The position numbers and the translations under genes were made by a program. Below the pieces are notes generated by a model, which saw only the letters and a program-made list of their open reading frames with translations, was not told the DNA's origin and made no database searches. This document shows, piece by piece, positions 49,015-58,769 of a stretch of DNA of 64,000 bases; within the stretch, counting starts at the first letter, position 1, and each line of letters starts with the position of its first letter. Location: assembly GCA_963716175.1 (NCBI GenBank), contig OY970296.1:4128001-4192000 (forward strand), read 5' to 3'. Origin of the DNA: an uncultured Armatimonadetes bacterium. GTDB lineage: Bacteria; Armatimonadota; Hebobacteria; Hebobacterales; Hebobacteraceae.

Positions 49015-50712
49015 ATGGCCAGGGAAAAGGCGGAGGTAGTGCCGCGGTACGGCAGATGGAGGCGCAGCTTCGACCGGAGGCTGGGCGTGGACCGGGTCGA
49101 GTTCGTGCTGCCAGAGGGAGCGCCGGAGGAGGCCTCCATCCAGGTTCGCCCCACGTTTCTGCACCAACCGGCCGAGCTGGAGTACGATGAGCACGGCTAC
49201 GAGGCGGTGGCGCCGCGGGGCGAGCCAGTCACCGCGGTGCGGTTCACACCCGCGCACGAGGGCGTCTACCGCTATCGCGCTTTCCGCGGGCAGGAGTCGG
49301 TCGAGGAGGGCAGCTTCCGATGCGATCCCTCGGATCACCCGGGCTATGTGGAAGTGAGCAAGCGCGATCCCCGCTACTTCGCTTTTTCCGACGGCTCGTC
49401 TTACTGCGCCATCGGCCTCAACCTGTGCGGGCCGTGCTTCTACCGGCTTCCTCGGGGGTCCGAGCACTTCCGCGTGTCCGGCCAGTCGGCCACCCTGGGC
49501 TGCGGCGACTATGGGCGCTGGTTCCGCGAGCTGTCCGCCGCCGGCGGCAACTTCGCCCGCCTCTGGCTCTCGAACCGCTACTTCGAGGCCCAGACCGAAG
49601 TGGCGGGCGAGCTGGACCTGGCGGCCTTCGCCCGGGTGGAGGCGGTGATCGAGCTGGCGAGGCGGTACGGCATCCGCCTCAAGCTTTGCCTGGAGAACTT
49701 CCGCGCCCTCGACCCCAAGCTGGCCGACCAGTACACGGTGCTCAAGCACCCGGAGGACGGCCGCAGCCCGCGCGATATGGACGAGTGGTTCCTGCAGGAG
49801 ACCTGGCAGGAGCTGTGGTGGAAGCGGGTGCGCGCTTACCTGGCGCGCTACAGCGACGATCCCGTCGTGATGGCGTGGGAGCTGTGGAACGAGATCAACT
49901 GCTGCGTCACCAGTGACTGGTCAGTGCAGCGGGAGTGGACGCGGCGCACCCTGCCGCGGATCAAGGCCCTCTCGCCGCGTAATCTGGTGGTGAACTCGGT
50001 CGGGAGCTTCGACTACGAGCCCTACCAGAGCTGGTACGATGACTTCAAGATGGAGGAGATGGACTTCCAGCAGGTCCATCGCTATCTCGACCAGGGAGCG
50101 CGGATGGAAATCTGCCGGCACGATCCCCCCGCCTTCTCGGTTGATGCCATCGAGCGCGCCCGGCGGCCGGACCGGCCGGTGCTGCTGGCCGAGACCGGAG
50201 CGGTGAATGACGCGCACACCGGGCCCTTCCGCTACTGCCGCATGGATCACCGCGGCATCATCTTCCACGACACCACCTTTCCCGCGTTCTTCGCGGGGGC
50301 CGCGGGCACCGGGCACATCTGGCACTGGGATAGCTATGTGGACCAGAAGGATCTGTTCGGGGCGTTCCGGCCCTTCGCCGATCTGATCGCGGGAGTGCAG
50401 CTCGACGCGGAGGATTTCCGCGCCTTCGACCTCTCGACCGAGAAGATGTGGGCGCTCGGCTTGCGGGGGAAGCAGCATCTGCTGCTGTGGGTGCGCAACC
50501 GGGCGGACTCGTGGTATCGGACGCTGCGTGACCGGCAAGCGCCGCACCGGCTCCGGGGCCAGCAACTGGACCTGCGATCCCTGGGGATAGGGGCGGGCGA
50601 GGTGTCTGTTTTCCATTCCTGGCACGAGCGGGTCGGGCCGGCGCGGCTGACGGCCGGGCTGCTGCGCCTGCCGGATTTCCGCTTTGGGTTAATGGTCAAG
50701 GTGAGGGGGTAA
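49015..50712 (+). CDS. Clan GH-A (GH5-like) glycoside hydrolase
   Basis: AWELWNE acid/base motif, QVHRY, VLLAETG nucleophile. Confidence 0.8.
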   Translation: MAREKAEVVPRYGRWRRSFDRRLGVDRVEFVLPEGAPEEASIQVRPTFLHQPAELEYDEHGYEAVAPRGEPVTAVRFTPAHEGVYRYRAFRGQESVEEGSFRCDPSDHPGYVEVSKRDPRYFAFSDGSSYCAIGLNLCGPCFYRLPRGSEHFRVSGQSATLGCGDYGRWFRELSAAGGNFARLWLSNRYFEAQTEVAGELDLAAFARVEAVIELARRYGIRLKLCLENFRALDPKLADQYTVLKHPEDGRSPRDMDEWFLQETWQELWWKRVRAYLARYSDDPVVMAWELWNEINCCVTSDWSVQREWTRRTLPRIKALSPRNLVVNSVGSFDYEPYQSWYDDFKMEEMDFQQVHRYLDQGARMEICRHDPPAFSVDAIERARRPDRPVLLAETGAVNDAHTGPFRYCRMDHRGIIFHDTTFPAFFAGAAGTGHIWHWDSYVDQKDLFGAFRPFADLIAGVQLDAEDFRAFDLSTEKMWALGLRGKQHLLLWVRNRADSWYRTLRDRQAPHRLRGQQLDLRSLGIGAGEVSVFHSWHERVGPARLTAGLLRLPDFRFGLMVKVRG

Positions 50713-50845
50713 GGGATAGGCCAGGAGCAAGCTCCTGCCCAACGGTCAGAGGCCAGGCGGCGGGCGTGGGTCCCTAGGCCTGAAGGCCGGGATGGCGGTC
50801 GCCCCAGCGGCGACCTAGCCACACGCCCGCCCTACAGAACGGCCC

Positions 50846-51679
50846 CTAGGCGTGCACGCCGAACCACACCAGCAGCAACATCCCCAGAGCGATGCGGTAG
50901 AGGGCAAAGGGTAGGAGGGTGCGGGTCTGGAGGTAGCGCAGGAGGAAGCCGATGCAGAGGTAGCCGGAGACGACCGCGGTGAGCATGCCCACGAGGAAGA
51001 GCGGGGCGCTGCCGGGGGGGAGGGTTCCGGGATGGCGGAGGAGGCCCAGAAGGCTGTAAGCGGCGGTGCCGCCGACGATGGGGAGGGAGAGCAGGAAGGA
51101 GAAGCGGGCGGCGGTCTCGCGGGTCATGGCCCTCATCAGGCCGGCGGTGATGGTGATCCCAGACCGGGAGACACCAGGGGCCAGGGCCAGGGCCTGGGCG
51201 CAGCCGATGATGATGCCATCGCTCCAGTTGGCTCTGCCTAGGGCTCGCGTCTTGCGACCGCGCGCGTCGGCGAGCCAGAGCAGGAGCGCGAACAGGATCA
51301 GCTCGCAGGCGACCAGCACGGGCGCGCCCAGCACCTGCTCGATCACCTTCTCCCCCATCACTCCCGCGATGGCGGCCGGGATGGTGCCGATGACGATGAC
51401 CCAGGCGAGGCGGCGCGCGGGGTCGCCGTTGATGCCGCGGCGCAGGCTGAGGAAGAACGCGACGAGCAAGCGCACGATATCTGACCTGAAATAGGCTAGC
51501 AGGGCGAGGAAAGTGCCGGCGTGGAGCGCCACGTCGAACATCTTGTTGAGGTGGGGGTCGGCGAGCAGCTTCCAGCCGAGAGCCTCCCGCACCAGGATCA
51601 GATGGCCGGAACTGCTGACCGGAAGAAACTCGGTGAGGCCCTGCACGATACCGAGCGCGGCGGCTTTGATCAGCTCCAT
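50846..51679 (-). CDS. uppP: Undecaprenyl-diphosphate phosphatase
   Basis: QGLTEFLPVSSSGH, PGVSRSG, AARFSFLL. Confidence 0.97.
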   Translation of the reverse strand: MELIKAAALGIVQGLTEFLPVSSSGHLILVREALGWKLLADPHLNKMFDVALHAGTFLALLAYFRSDIVRLLVAFFLSLRRGINGDPARRLAWVIVIGTIPAAIAGVMGEKVIEQVLGAPVLVACELILFALLLWLADARGRKTRALGRANWSDGIIIGCAQALALAPGVSRSGITITAGLMRAMTRETAARFSFLLSLPIVGGTAAYSLLGLLRHPGTLPPGSAPLFLVGMLTAVVSGYLCIGFLLRYLQTRTLLPFALYRIALGMLLLVWFGVHA

Positions 51680-51758
51680 GGTGCGCCTCTTTCGGCGGAG
51701 AGATGGTGCCAACCTGCTCCGCGGGAGGGAGCGCGGATCGGCGGGGTCAGGAGACCTC

Positions 51759-51972
51759 GCCCGACAACGCGGGCGGCGGGCATCGCCCGGAGGACCGGGC
51801 TCCCACAGAGCGGGCATGGGCCTGCCCGCCCGACAACGCGGGCGGCGGGCATCGCCCGGAGGACCGGGCTCCCACAGAGCGGGCATGGGCCTGCCCGCCC
51901 TACAACGCGGGCGGCGGGCATCGCCCGGAGGACCGGGCTCCCACAGACTGGGCATGAGCCTGCCCGCCCTAC
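51759..51972. repeat. Three tandem 69-bp units, each containing a REP
   Basis: Units start at 51759, 51828 and 51897 and are nearly identical. Confidence 0.95.
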
Positions 51973-52056
51973 AGGGGCAGGAGGCAATCCGCCTTCGCCG
52001 AAGCTTCGGCGGACAGGGCTCCGGCCCGAGGGATGGCGACGACGAGGAGACTCCAG

Positions 52057-53211
52057 ATGACAGAGACCATGATTGGGCCGTACACCGCGTTTGCGGCGGA
52101 GGAGATACTGGGGGAGGGGCCGGGGGAGCTTTCTTTCCGCAATCCGCGGTTTCATAGCCTCGCGGACTGGAGAGATCAGGCGAGGGCGAAGGCGCTCGGG
52201 ATGGTGGCGCAGCCGGACACAGGGGAGAGCCCGAAGGCCGAGGTGGTGAGGCGGACAGTGGTGGAGGGGGTGGAGGTGGAGCTGCTGCGCTGGCAGTTGT
52301 CTTTTGGGCCTCCCACAGAGGGAGTGTTCCTCAAGCCGGAGGGGGCCAAGGGGCCGCTGCCGGGCGTGGTGGCCTTGCACGATCACGGCGGCCTGAAGTA
52401 CTTCGGGTGGCGCAAGATCGCGGATGACGGGCGGCCGGTGCACCCGATCCTGCGGGAGCACCGGGACCAAGACTACGGCGGGCGGGCCTGGGCCAACGAG
52501 CTGGCGAAGCGGGGCTACGCCGTGCTCTGCCACGACTGCTTCCCGTTCGCCTCCCGCCGCATCCTGGTGTCACAGGTGGCGGAGCACTTGCGGTGGGGGA
52601 AGGCGAGGGATGTGACGGAGGCGGAGGAGAGCGAGGACATCGCCGCCTACAACCAGTGGGCGGCCCAGCACGAGCACATCGTCGCCAAAGTGCTGTTCGC
52701 GGCCGGCACCACCTGGCCGGGCATCTTCACCTTCGATGACCGGCGAGCGGTGGAGGTGCTGTGCGCGCGGCCGGAGGTGGACCCGGAGCGGATCGGCTGC
52801 AGCGGACTGTCGGGTGGAGGCTGCAGGACGCTCTTCCTGGGCGGCCTGGACCTGCGCATCAGGTGCGCCATCTGCGTGGGCATGATGACCACCTGGCGGG
52901 ACCTGGTAACCCGGAAGTGCGGGAATCATACCTGGATGATGTGGGTGCCGGGGCTGCCCAAGTACCTGGATTACCCCGAGATCCTGGGGCTGCGCGTGCC
53001 CCTGCCGACGATGGTGCTGAACAACAACGAGGACCCGCTCTTCACCCTCTCGGAGATGCACCGGGCCGATGGCATCTTGCGGGCGGTGTACGAGAAGGCG
53101 GGCGCGCCGGAGAGGTATGCCTGCCAGTTCTACCCGGGGCCCCACAAGTTCGATGCGCAGATGCAAGGGGACGCGTTCGCCTGGTTCGATCGGTGGCTGA
53201 AGAGGGAGTGA
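52057..53211 (+). CDS. Alpha/beta hydrolase (dienelactone hydrolase / acetylxylan esterase-like)
   Basis: LHDHGG, GLSGGG nucleophile elbow, D and GPH. Confidence 0.85.
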   Translation: MTETMIGPYTAFAAEEILGEGPGELSFRNPRFHSLADWRDQARAKALGMVAQPDTGESPKAEVVRRTVVEGVEVELLRWQLSFGPPTEGVFLKPEGAKGPLPGVVALHDHGGLKYFGWRKIADDGRPVHPILREHRDQDYGGRAWANELAKRGYAVLCHDCFPFASRRILVSQVAEHLRWGKARDVTEAEESEDIAAYNQWAAQHEHIVAKVLFAAGTTWPGIFTFDDRRAVEVLCARPEVDPERIGCSGLSGGGCRTLFLGGLDLRIRCAICVGMMTTWRDLVTRKCGNHTWMMWVPGLPKYLDYPEILGLRVPLPTMVLNNNEDPLFTLSEMHRADGILRAVYEKAGAPERYACQFYPGPHKFDAQMQGDAFAWFDRWLKRE

Positions 53212-54697
53212 TGGAGGGCTCGGGTCAGGACAGGAGTGTGTCTCCTGCGGGAGCCGGACCGAAGTCGAGCGGCGGGCATGCGGAGACATGCCCGCCCTAC
53301 AGAACGGCGCGGGCGTTGCGCATGGAGGCAGGTTCAGCCCCGGTCGGCGATCCGGGGGCGTGGCCGGCCTTCTTCGATTTCCTGGCCGCGCCCCACGGCC
53401 AGGTCACGGCGCGGGTGAACAGCATCTACCTGGAGGTGGCCGAGGGCTGCAGCGAGGCGGTGCTGCGCAGTTTCCTGGCGGCAGCGCACGCGCGGGGCCT
53501 GAAGGTCGAGTTCCTCTACCGCGACGAGGACTGGCAAGCCGATCACCTGGCGGCCGCGAAGGCGGTGTGCGACAGGTATATCGAGGCGTTCAACCCCGGG
53601 GGCCCGGCGGCGGAGCGCTTTGACGGCATCCACCTCGCCCTGGAGGACTTGGGCCACTGGAGCCAGAGGGCCTTCCAGGGGTTGGTGCTCTACCTGCGCC
53701 AGAAGATCGAGTCCTACAACAGCAAAGGCGAGCACGGGATGACCCTGGCGGCTGACCTCGACTTCTCCTGGAGGGAGCGGGGAGATGACGCCAGTCCGCA
53801 GTTCTCCCACGCCATCGCCCAGTGCGATTATGTGGTGAGCCTGGCCTACCGGGACACGGCGGGGGCCCAGGTGAGCTGCGCGGTGCCACAGGCGCTGGCA
53901 GCGGCGCGGCAGAGGAAGGGATTCTGCATCGGAGCAGAGACTCGGCGGCTGATTGACCAGGACTTCGCCACCTACTACGAAGAGGGGTGGGAGTACATGG
54001 AGCAGGAGCTGGCGAAGCTGCCCGCTCTGCTCGCCGCCTCCGGAGGCGCCCTATCGGGGATCGCGCTCCACGACTACGAGTGCTATCGAAAGCTCCGGAG
54101 GGAGCCGCTGGTCAGCCCCTTCCCCGACGTCCGCGTAGACGCGTGGCCTTTCCCTATATCCTGGCCGCGCACCAGGCCGGGATCATCGGGGGCTATCTCG
54201 ACGGGAGCTTCCTGCCGACCCGGCTGGTGACGCGGGCCGATATGGCGGTGTTCGCCTCGCATGTCCTGGCAGGCGCGGGCCAGTTCCCCGAGGGGCCGGC
54301 GGCGCCCTCCTTCCCGGATGTGCCGACCACCCACTGGGTCTACAAGTACGTGGAATGCGCCAAGGCGAACCACGTCATCACCGGAGACCGCGACGGGCAG
54401 TTCCGCCCGGAGGCGGTCGTGAACCGGGCGGAGCTGGCGGTCTACATCGCCCGCGCGGTGGTGAGGCCCCCAGGCGAGGCCGGCCTTGCCGACTTCTCGC
54501 CGCCGGCGCAGCCGACTTTCCCGGATGTCACGGCCGACGGCCCCTGGTCCTGGTGCTACAAGCACGTCGAGTACCTGGCCGCGCAGGTGGTGGTGAGCGG
54601 CTATCCCGACGGCCGCTACCATCCGGAGGACCCGTGCCCGCGGGAGCAGATGGCGGTCTACCTGGCGAAGGCTCTCCGGCTCCCGGTGGAGGTGTGA
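53211..54697 (+). CDS. TIM-barrel-like domain plus SLH domains (frameshift near 54150)
   Basis: FDGIHLALE..; C-terminal FPDV/TRADMA, NRAELA and PREQMA SLH repeats. Confidence 0.7.
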
Positions 54698-54815
54698 CGG
54701 GCAAGCTCGCGCTTGGGGTGAAGACTGCGCATTGTTGGGGCGCTGCCGCAAGGAACCCGGGCGGGTGTGGGGAAGCGCGGCTGGCGAGCACTGAAGATCG
54801 GAGAGGTGGTTTGCC

Positions 54816-57020
54816 ATGAGAAGCGTCCGCGCCTTGGCTGCCGCGATGATGGCGTTGGGGGTGCTGCTGGCGCTGGCGCCGGCCGCCCCGGCGGCCGTGC
54901 CCAACCTGCTGCACAGCATTGACACCTCGGCCATGACCGGGGAGCAACTGGCGATGATGCTGAGCCTGCAAGGGATCGTCGCCAAGGCCGCCGCCGACGG
55001 GACACCCCAGATCTGGATCTCTGGCGAGATAGATCCGGACCTGTTGAACTACCTGTTCACCCAGTTCGGCATCATCTTCACGGTAGAGACGGACCCGCTG
55101 GCGGTGCTGAGCACGTTCGTTCCTCAGGTGAAAGGGTTCGAGCAGTGCGACCTCACCCTGCGGTCACTGAACGTGGCGTCGCCCCTGGCCGGCGTGGACA
55201 GCGCGGTGATAGCGGCCACCCAGGACCTGGCGGACACACTCTCCACCTTCCCCTTCAGCCTGCAGCTCAAGAACGACGTCACACAATCCAACGAGACCTT
55301 CTGGCTGGGGTCTAGCTTCTCCGAACTCAACCCGGCGCTGCTGATCGAGCTGGACCTGCTGGCGACCGGGCAGAGCCACCTGCGAGACGTGTCGGCCGCG
55401 CGAGAGGCCTTCACCTACACCGATAGCGCGCTGGACAGCACGTCGGTGCGGCGGGTGGCGATGGCCCTCACCGACGCGCACTCTCCGGTGCTGGGCTTCC
55501 CCGCGGACTCCAACGAGGTAGACTGGATCCGGACGGCGAGCGCGCTGCAGCATCCCGCGGTGCGGGCCGAGACCTGCCACGACCTCTCCGTGCTCTCCGG
55601 CATCTTGCAGGGTCAGACTCAGACCCAGCAGACGGCCTCCCACCTCTCCGGGCAGGTGACCACCACTGACGGGGTGCACTACGTGACCATGGTGATGGAT
55701 GGGGGGTGGGATATCGGGTGGACGCTGGACCTGTTCTATCAGCCCAACTGGTTCGGCAACTCCAATCGGGGCAACTTCCCGATGGGCTGGGAGATCTCCC
55801 CTGCGCTGCTGGACTGGGCCCCGCCGGCGCTGGCGTTCTTCTACTCCCAGGCCCGGGCCAATGACTTCTTCGTGGCCCCGCCCTCCGGCTTGGGCAAGCT
55901 CTACCCCGGCCTTTACCCGGATCTGGCGGGGTATGCCGCGCTGATGGGGCCGAAGGTGAAGCAGTCCGACCTGCGGGTGGTGAATGTGATGGGTGATGTG
56001 GGCGGAGTGCTCAGCGATGCCAGGCCCATCCTGGACCGCCCGGAGGTGATCGGGGTCTTCTACCAGACCAACAACGCGAAGGGCGACTACTACACCGGCA
56101 TCCAGGCCGGCACCTTCGACGTTGACAATGGCAAGGTGATCTGGCCCTACCGCTACGCGCTCTGGAACAACGGGATGGACGCCAACAGCGCCACCGGCAT
56201 CGCCAGCGCCATTCTCACTGACGCCAACCCCGGGAGCACCACGCCGCACCTCAGCCCCACCACCGACCCGCTCTCCTATTCGTTGATCGCGGTCTATCCG
56301 CTGGCCTACTGGGACGGCGACCCGGAGGGGTCCAGCATCATGGACACGGCGGCCAGTCTGGTGGCCCAGCTCCAGGCGAACCCAGCGGTCAAGATCATCT
56401 CTCCGGAGGAGTTCGCCTGGCGGCTGAGAGAGAACTTCGGCGACGGCGAGGGCGGGCCCAGGTTCTCGGACGTGCCCACCACCTTCTGGGCCTGGGAGGA
56501 CATCGAGGCGGTGGCGAAGCACGCCATCGCTTTGGGCTTCCCGGACGGAACCTTCCAGCCCAGCACCGCGGTGGACCGGGCGCAGATGGCCACCTTCCTG
56601 GCCCGCGCCATCGCGGGCGGTGATGCCAATGTGCCCAGCGGACCCGCGGTGCCGTCGTTCAGCGATGTGCCAACCTCGCACTTCGCCTATAAGTACATCG
56701 AGTTCTGCAAGGATGAGAAGGTGGTCTCCGGCTTCCCGGACGGGAGCTATCAGCCGGGTCTCGCCGTCAACCGGGCGCAGATGGCGGCCTTCCTGGCGCG
56801 GGCGAAGGTGGCACCCGAGGGCGATGCCGGCCTGCCGCCGGCGCCGCTGACCGCGACGTTCGCCGATGTGCCGACGGACTTCTGGGCCTTCCAGTACATC
56901 GAGTACGTCGCGGCGCAGGGCATCGCGCTGGGCTACCCGGGCGGGGTCTACCTCCCGGATCTGAACGTGAGCCGCGACCAGATGGCGGTGTTCATCGGGA
57001 GGGCGTTCGGCCTGATGTGA
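54816..57020 (+). CDS. Secreted GxGYxYP-like putative hydrolase with three SLH domains
   Basis: Signal peptide, SLQGIV, PMGWEISP, PSGLGKLYP; three FxDV...RxQMA repeats. Confidence 0.8.
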   Translation: MRSVRALAAAMMALGVLLALAPAAPAAVPNLLHSIDTSAMTGEQLAMMLSLQGIVAKAAADGTPQIWISGEIDPDLLNYLFTQFGIIFTVETDPLAVLSTFVPQVKGFEQCDLTLRSLNVASPLAGVDSAVIAATQDLADTLSTFPFSLQLKNDVTQSNETFWLGSSFSELNPALLIELDLLATGQSHLRDVSAAREAFTYTDSALDSTSVRRVAMALTDAHSPVLGFPADSNEVDWIRTASALQHPAVRAETCHDLSVLSGILQGQTQTQQTASHLSGQVTTTDGVHYVTMVMDGGWDIGWTLDLFYQPNWFGNSNRGNFPMGWEISPALLDWAPPALAFFYSQARANDFFVAPPSGLGKLYPGLYPDLAGYAALMGPKVKQSDLRVVNVMGDVGGVLSDARPILDRPEVIGVFYQTNNAKGDYYTGIQAGTFDVDNGKVIWPYRYALWNNGMDANSATGIASAILTDANPGSTTPHLSPTTDPLSYSLIAVYPLAYWDGDPEGSSIMDTAASLVAQLQANPAVKIISPEEFAWRLRENFGDGEGGPRFSDVPTTFWAWEDIEAVAKHAIALGFPDGTFQPSTAVDRAQMATFLARAIAGGDANVPSGPAVPSFSDVPTSHFAYKYIEFCKDEKVVSGFPDGSYQPGLAVNRAQMAAFLARAKVAPEGDAGLPPAPLTATFADVPTDFWAFQYIEYVAAQGIALGYPGGVYLPDLNVSRDQMAVFIGRAFGLM

Positions 57021-57153
57021 GCAGGGGGGAAGGCGATTGCGGGCGGGAGGCAAGTCGCCAGACGCGGCTGAAGCTTGTCCCCGATGGTAACAGGCTGGGA
57101 GCCCGTGCTACCGAGGCCTGCCGCTGGCGGCGATCATGGTATAATCAGGCGCC

Positions 57154-57486
57154 ATGCGCGACTCCGGCACGCAGACATTCGAGGGCGAGCTTGACAGGGT
57201 AGTCGAGCGGATCGTGGAGGCGGTGCATCCCCTGCGCATCATCCTGTTCGGCTCCGCGGCTCGAGGCGAGATCGGGCCGGACAGCGACGTGGACCTGCTG
57301 GTGGTCATGCCGGAGGGGACGGACCAGCTCGATACGGCCGGATTCCTGCACACGCAGTTCCATGGGCTTGACGTGTCCGTTGACGTTCTCGTTGCCACTC
57401 CATCTATTCTCGAGCGCCACAAAGACAACATCGGTCTGATCTATCGCACCATCCTGAGAGAGGGGAAGGATCTGTATGCGGCCTGA
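57154..57486 (+). CDS. Minimal nucleotidyltransferase (MNT)
   Basis: ILFGSAARG..DSDVDLLV; TGGTATAAT at 57137-57145. Confidence 0.9.
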   Translation: MRDSGTQTFEGELDRVVERIVEAVHPLRIILFGSAARGEIGPDSDVDLLVVMPEGTDQLDTAGFLHTQFHGLDVSVDVLVATPSILERHKDNIGLIYRTILREGKDLYAA

Positions 57487-57531
57487 GCCAGGAAGCCACG
57501 AGGACGGGAAGACACCAGGGAGGCTTCGATC

Positions 57532-58278
57532 GTGAAACTCCAGCTCCAGACTCGGGAGCGGATGGCACGGCGCGTCGCTGACCTGTCAGCAAGGTTCAGG
57601 GAATGTCTGGCGCGGTTCGGCGGTGGTGAGGAATTCGGGGGGCCGAGTCTTCACTTCCACCTAAGGGCGATCTCTCGCCTTCGATCCCACACAGACGCGG
57701 ACAGGGCGCTTGACGACGAACAGTACTTCGAATACGTGTACGCGGCCCTCACTTCCTGGGGGTTACATCGCATGGGTCCGGGAAACGCGAAGCTGACGGA
57801 TTTCAGCGGCTTCAGGCAAAGTGCGGGCGAGCTCTTCAGGCGGGCATCTCGATTCTTCGGACGGAGTGTACTTGACCTCGACGATCACGAAGTGGGCGAG
57901 GTCGCGGCAGTCATCGGCGATGCCATTGGTCGCCAGAGGGGTCTTACCAAAGCAGAATCAGTGCTGGTCGCCAATGCCAAGGCGATGCACCACTTTCTTC
58001 CCGACCTCGTGCCGCCCATCGACCACGCCTACACGCTGATGTTCTTCTTCCAGCGCACAACCCTCCCCGGTCCTGCTAGCGAGACCTTCGAGATGCTGTT
58101 TCCAAGGTTTGCCGAGATCGGCAAGAGTGCCGGCACCTTGATCCGAGAAGCCGTCACCAGGTCTAGCTCGCCCGCGGGGCCTTGTGGTTGGAACTCGGGT
58201 CATGCGAAAGTTGTCGACAACGCGCTGATCGGATGGATGCGTTTGTACGGCGCCAAGCGCCAGCCGCAGACACCTTGA
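57532..58278 (+). CDS. Hypothetical protein
   Basis: 248-aa ORF, GGGAGG RBS, lower GC than flanks; LTSWGLHR and HHFLPDLVPPID motifs. Confidence 0.7.
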   Translation: MKLQLQTRERMARRVADLSARFRECLARFGGGEEFGGPSLHFHLRAISRLRSHTDADRALDDEQYFEYVYAALTSWGLHRMGPGNAKLTDFSGFRQSAGELFRRASRFFGRSVLDLDDHEVGEVAAVIGDAIGRQRGLTKAESVLVANAKAMHHFLPDLVPPIDHAYTLMFFFQRTTLPGPASETFEMLFPRFAEIGKSAGTLIREAVTRSSSPAGPCGWNSGHAKVVDNALIGWMRLYGAKRQPQTP

Positions 58279-58397
58279 TAATCGGGGAGAAGCAAGTCGG
58301 CAGAGGCGGCTGAAGCTCCTGCCCAGCATTGCATCCGCGTTTATCGGCGTCTATCCGCCTTCGCTGGAAGCTACGGCGGACAAGTCGGCGGAGGGTC

Positions 58398-58682
58398 TTA
58401 CCCCGTGCGATAGTTGACCCCGAACCCACCCCGCGGGTAGCGCCACTCCAGGTTGTCGCACTCCTTGCAGGCGACGCGGCAGGCGCCGCATTCCAGGCAG
58501 CCCTCGAAGAAGACGGTGATCTGGTCGTTCTCCCAGCGGTAGGTGTTGACCGGGCAGACGTAGGTGCACTGCCGGAGCTTGCAGGTCTTGCACTTCTCCG
58601 GGTCTTTGATGCGGAGGTGCGATTCCGTATCGGGGCGGAAGCCGTTGAGGAAGAGTTTCTGCTCCAGGGTTAGTTGCTTCAT
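58398..58682 (-). CDS. fixX: Ferredoxin-like FixX
   Basis: CP..Y, CLECGAC, WRYPRGGFGV. Confidence 0.93.
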   Translation of the reverse strand: MKQLTLEQKLFLNGFRPDTESHLRIKDPEKCKTCKLRQCTYVCPVNTYRWENDQITVFFEGCLECGACRVACKECDNLEWRYPRGGFGVNYRTG

Positions 58683-58769
58683 ATCCTTCTCCCAGCGGCG
58701 GGCATAGGAATGCCCGCCCTACAAACGACCAACGGCCGGCGGGCATGGGGAGACATGGCCGCCCTACAG

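Noticed and set aside
51759-51972. Possible CRISPR array
   Set aside because: The units are near-identical over their full 69 bp, with no unique spacers and no cas genes.
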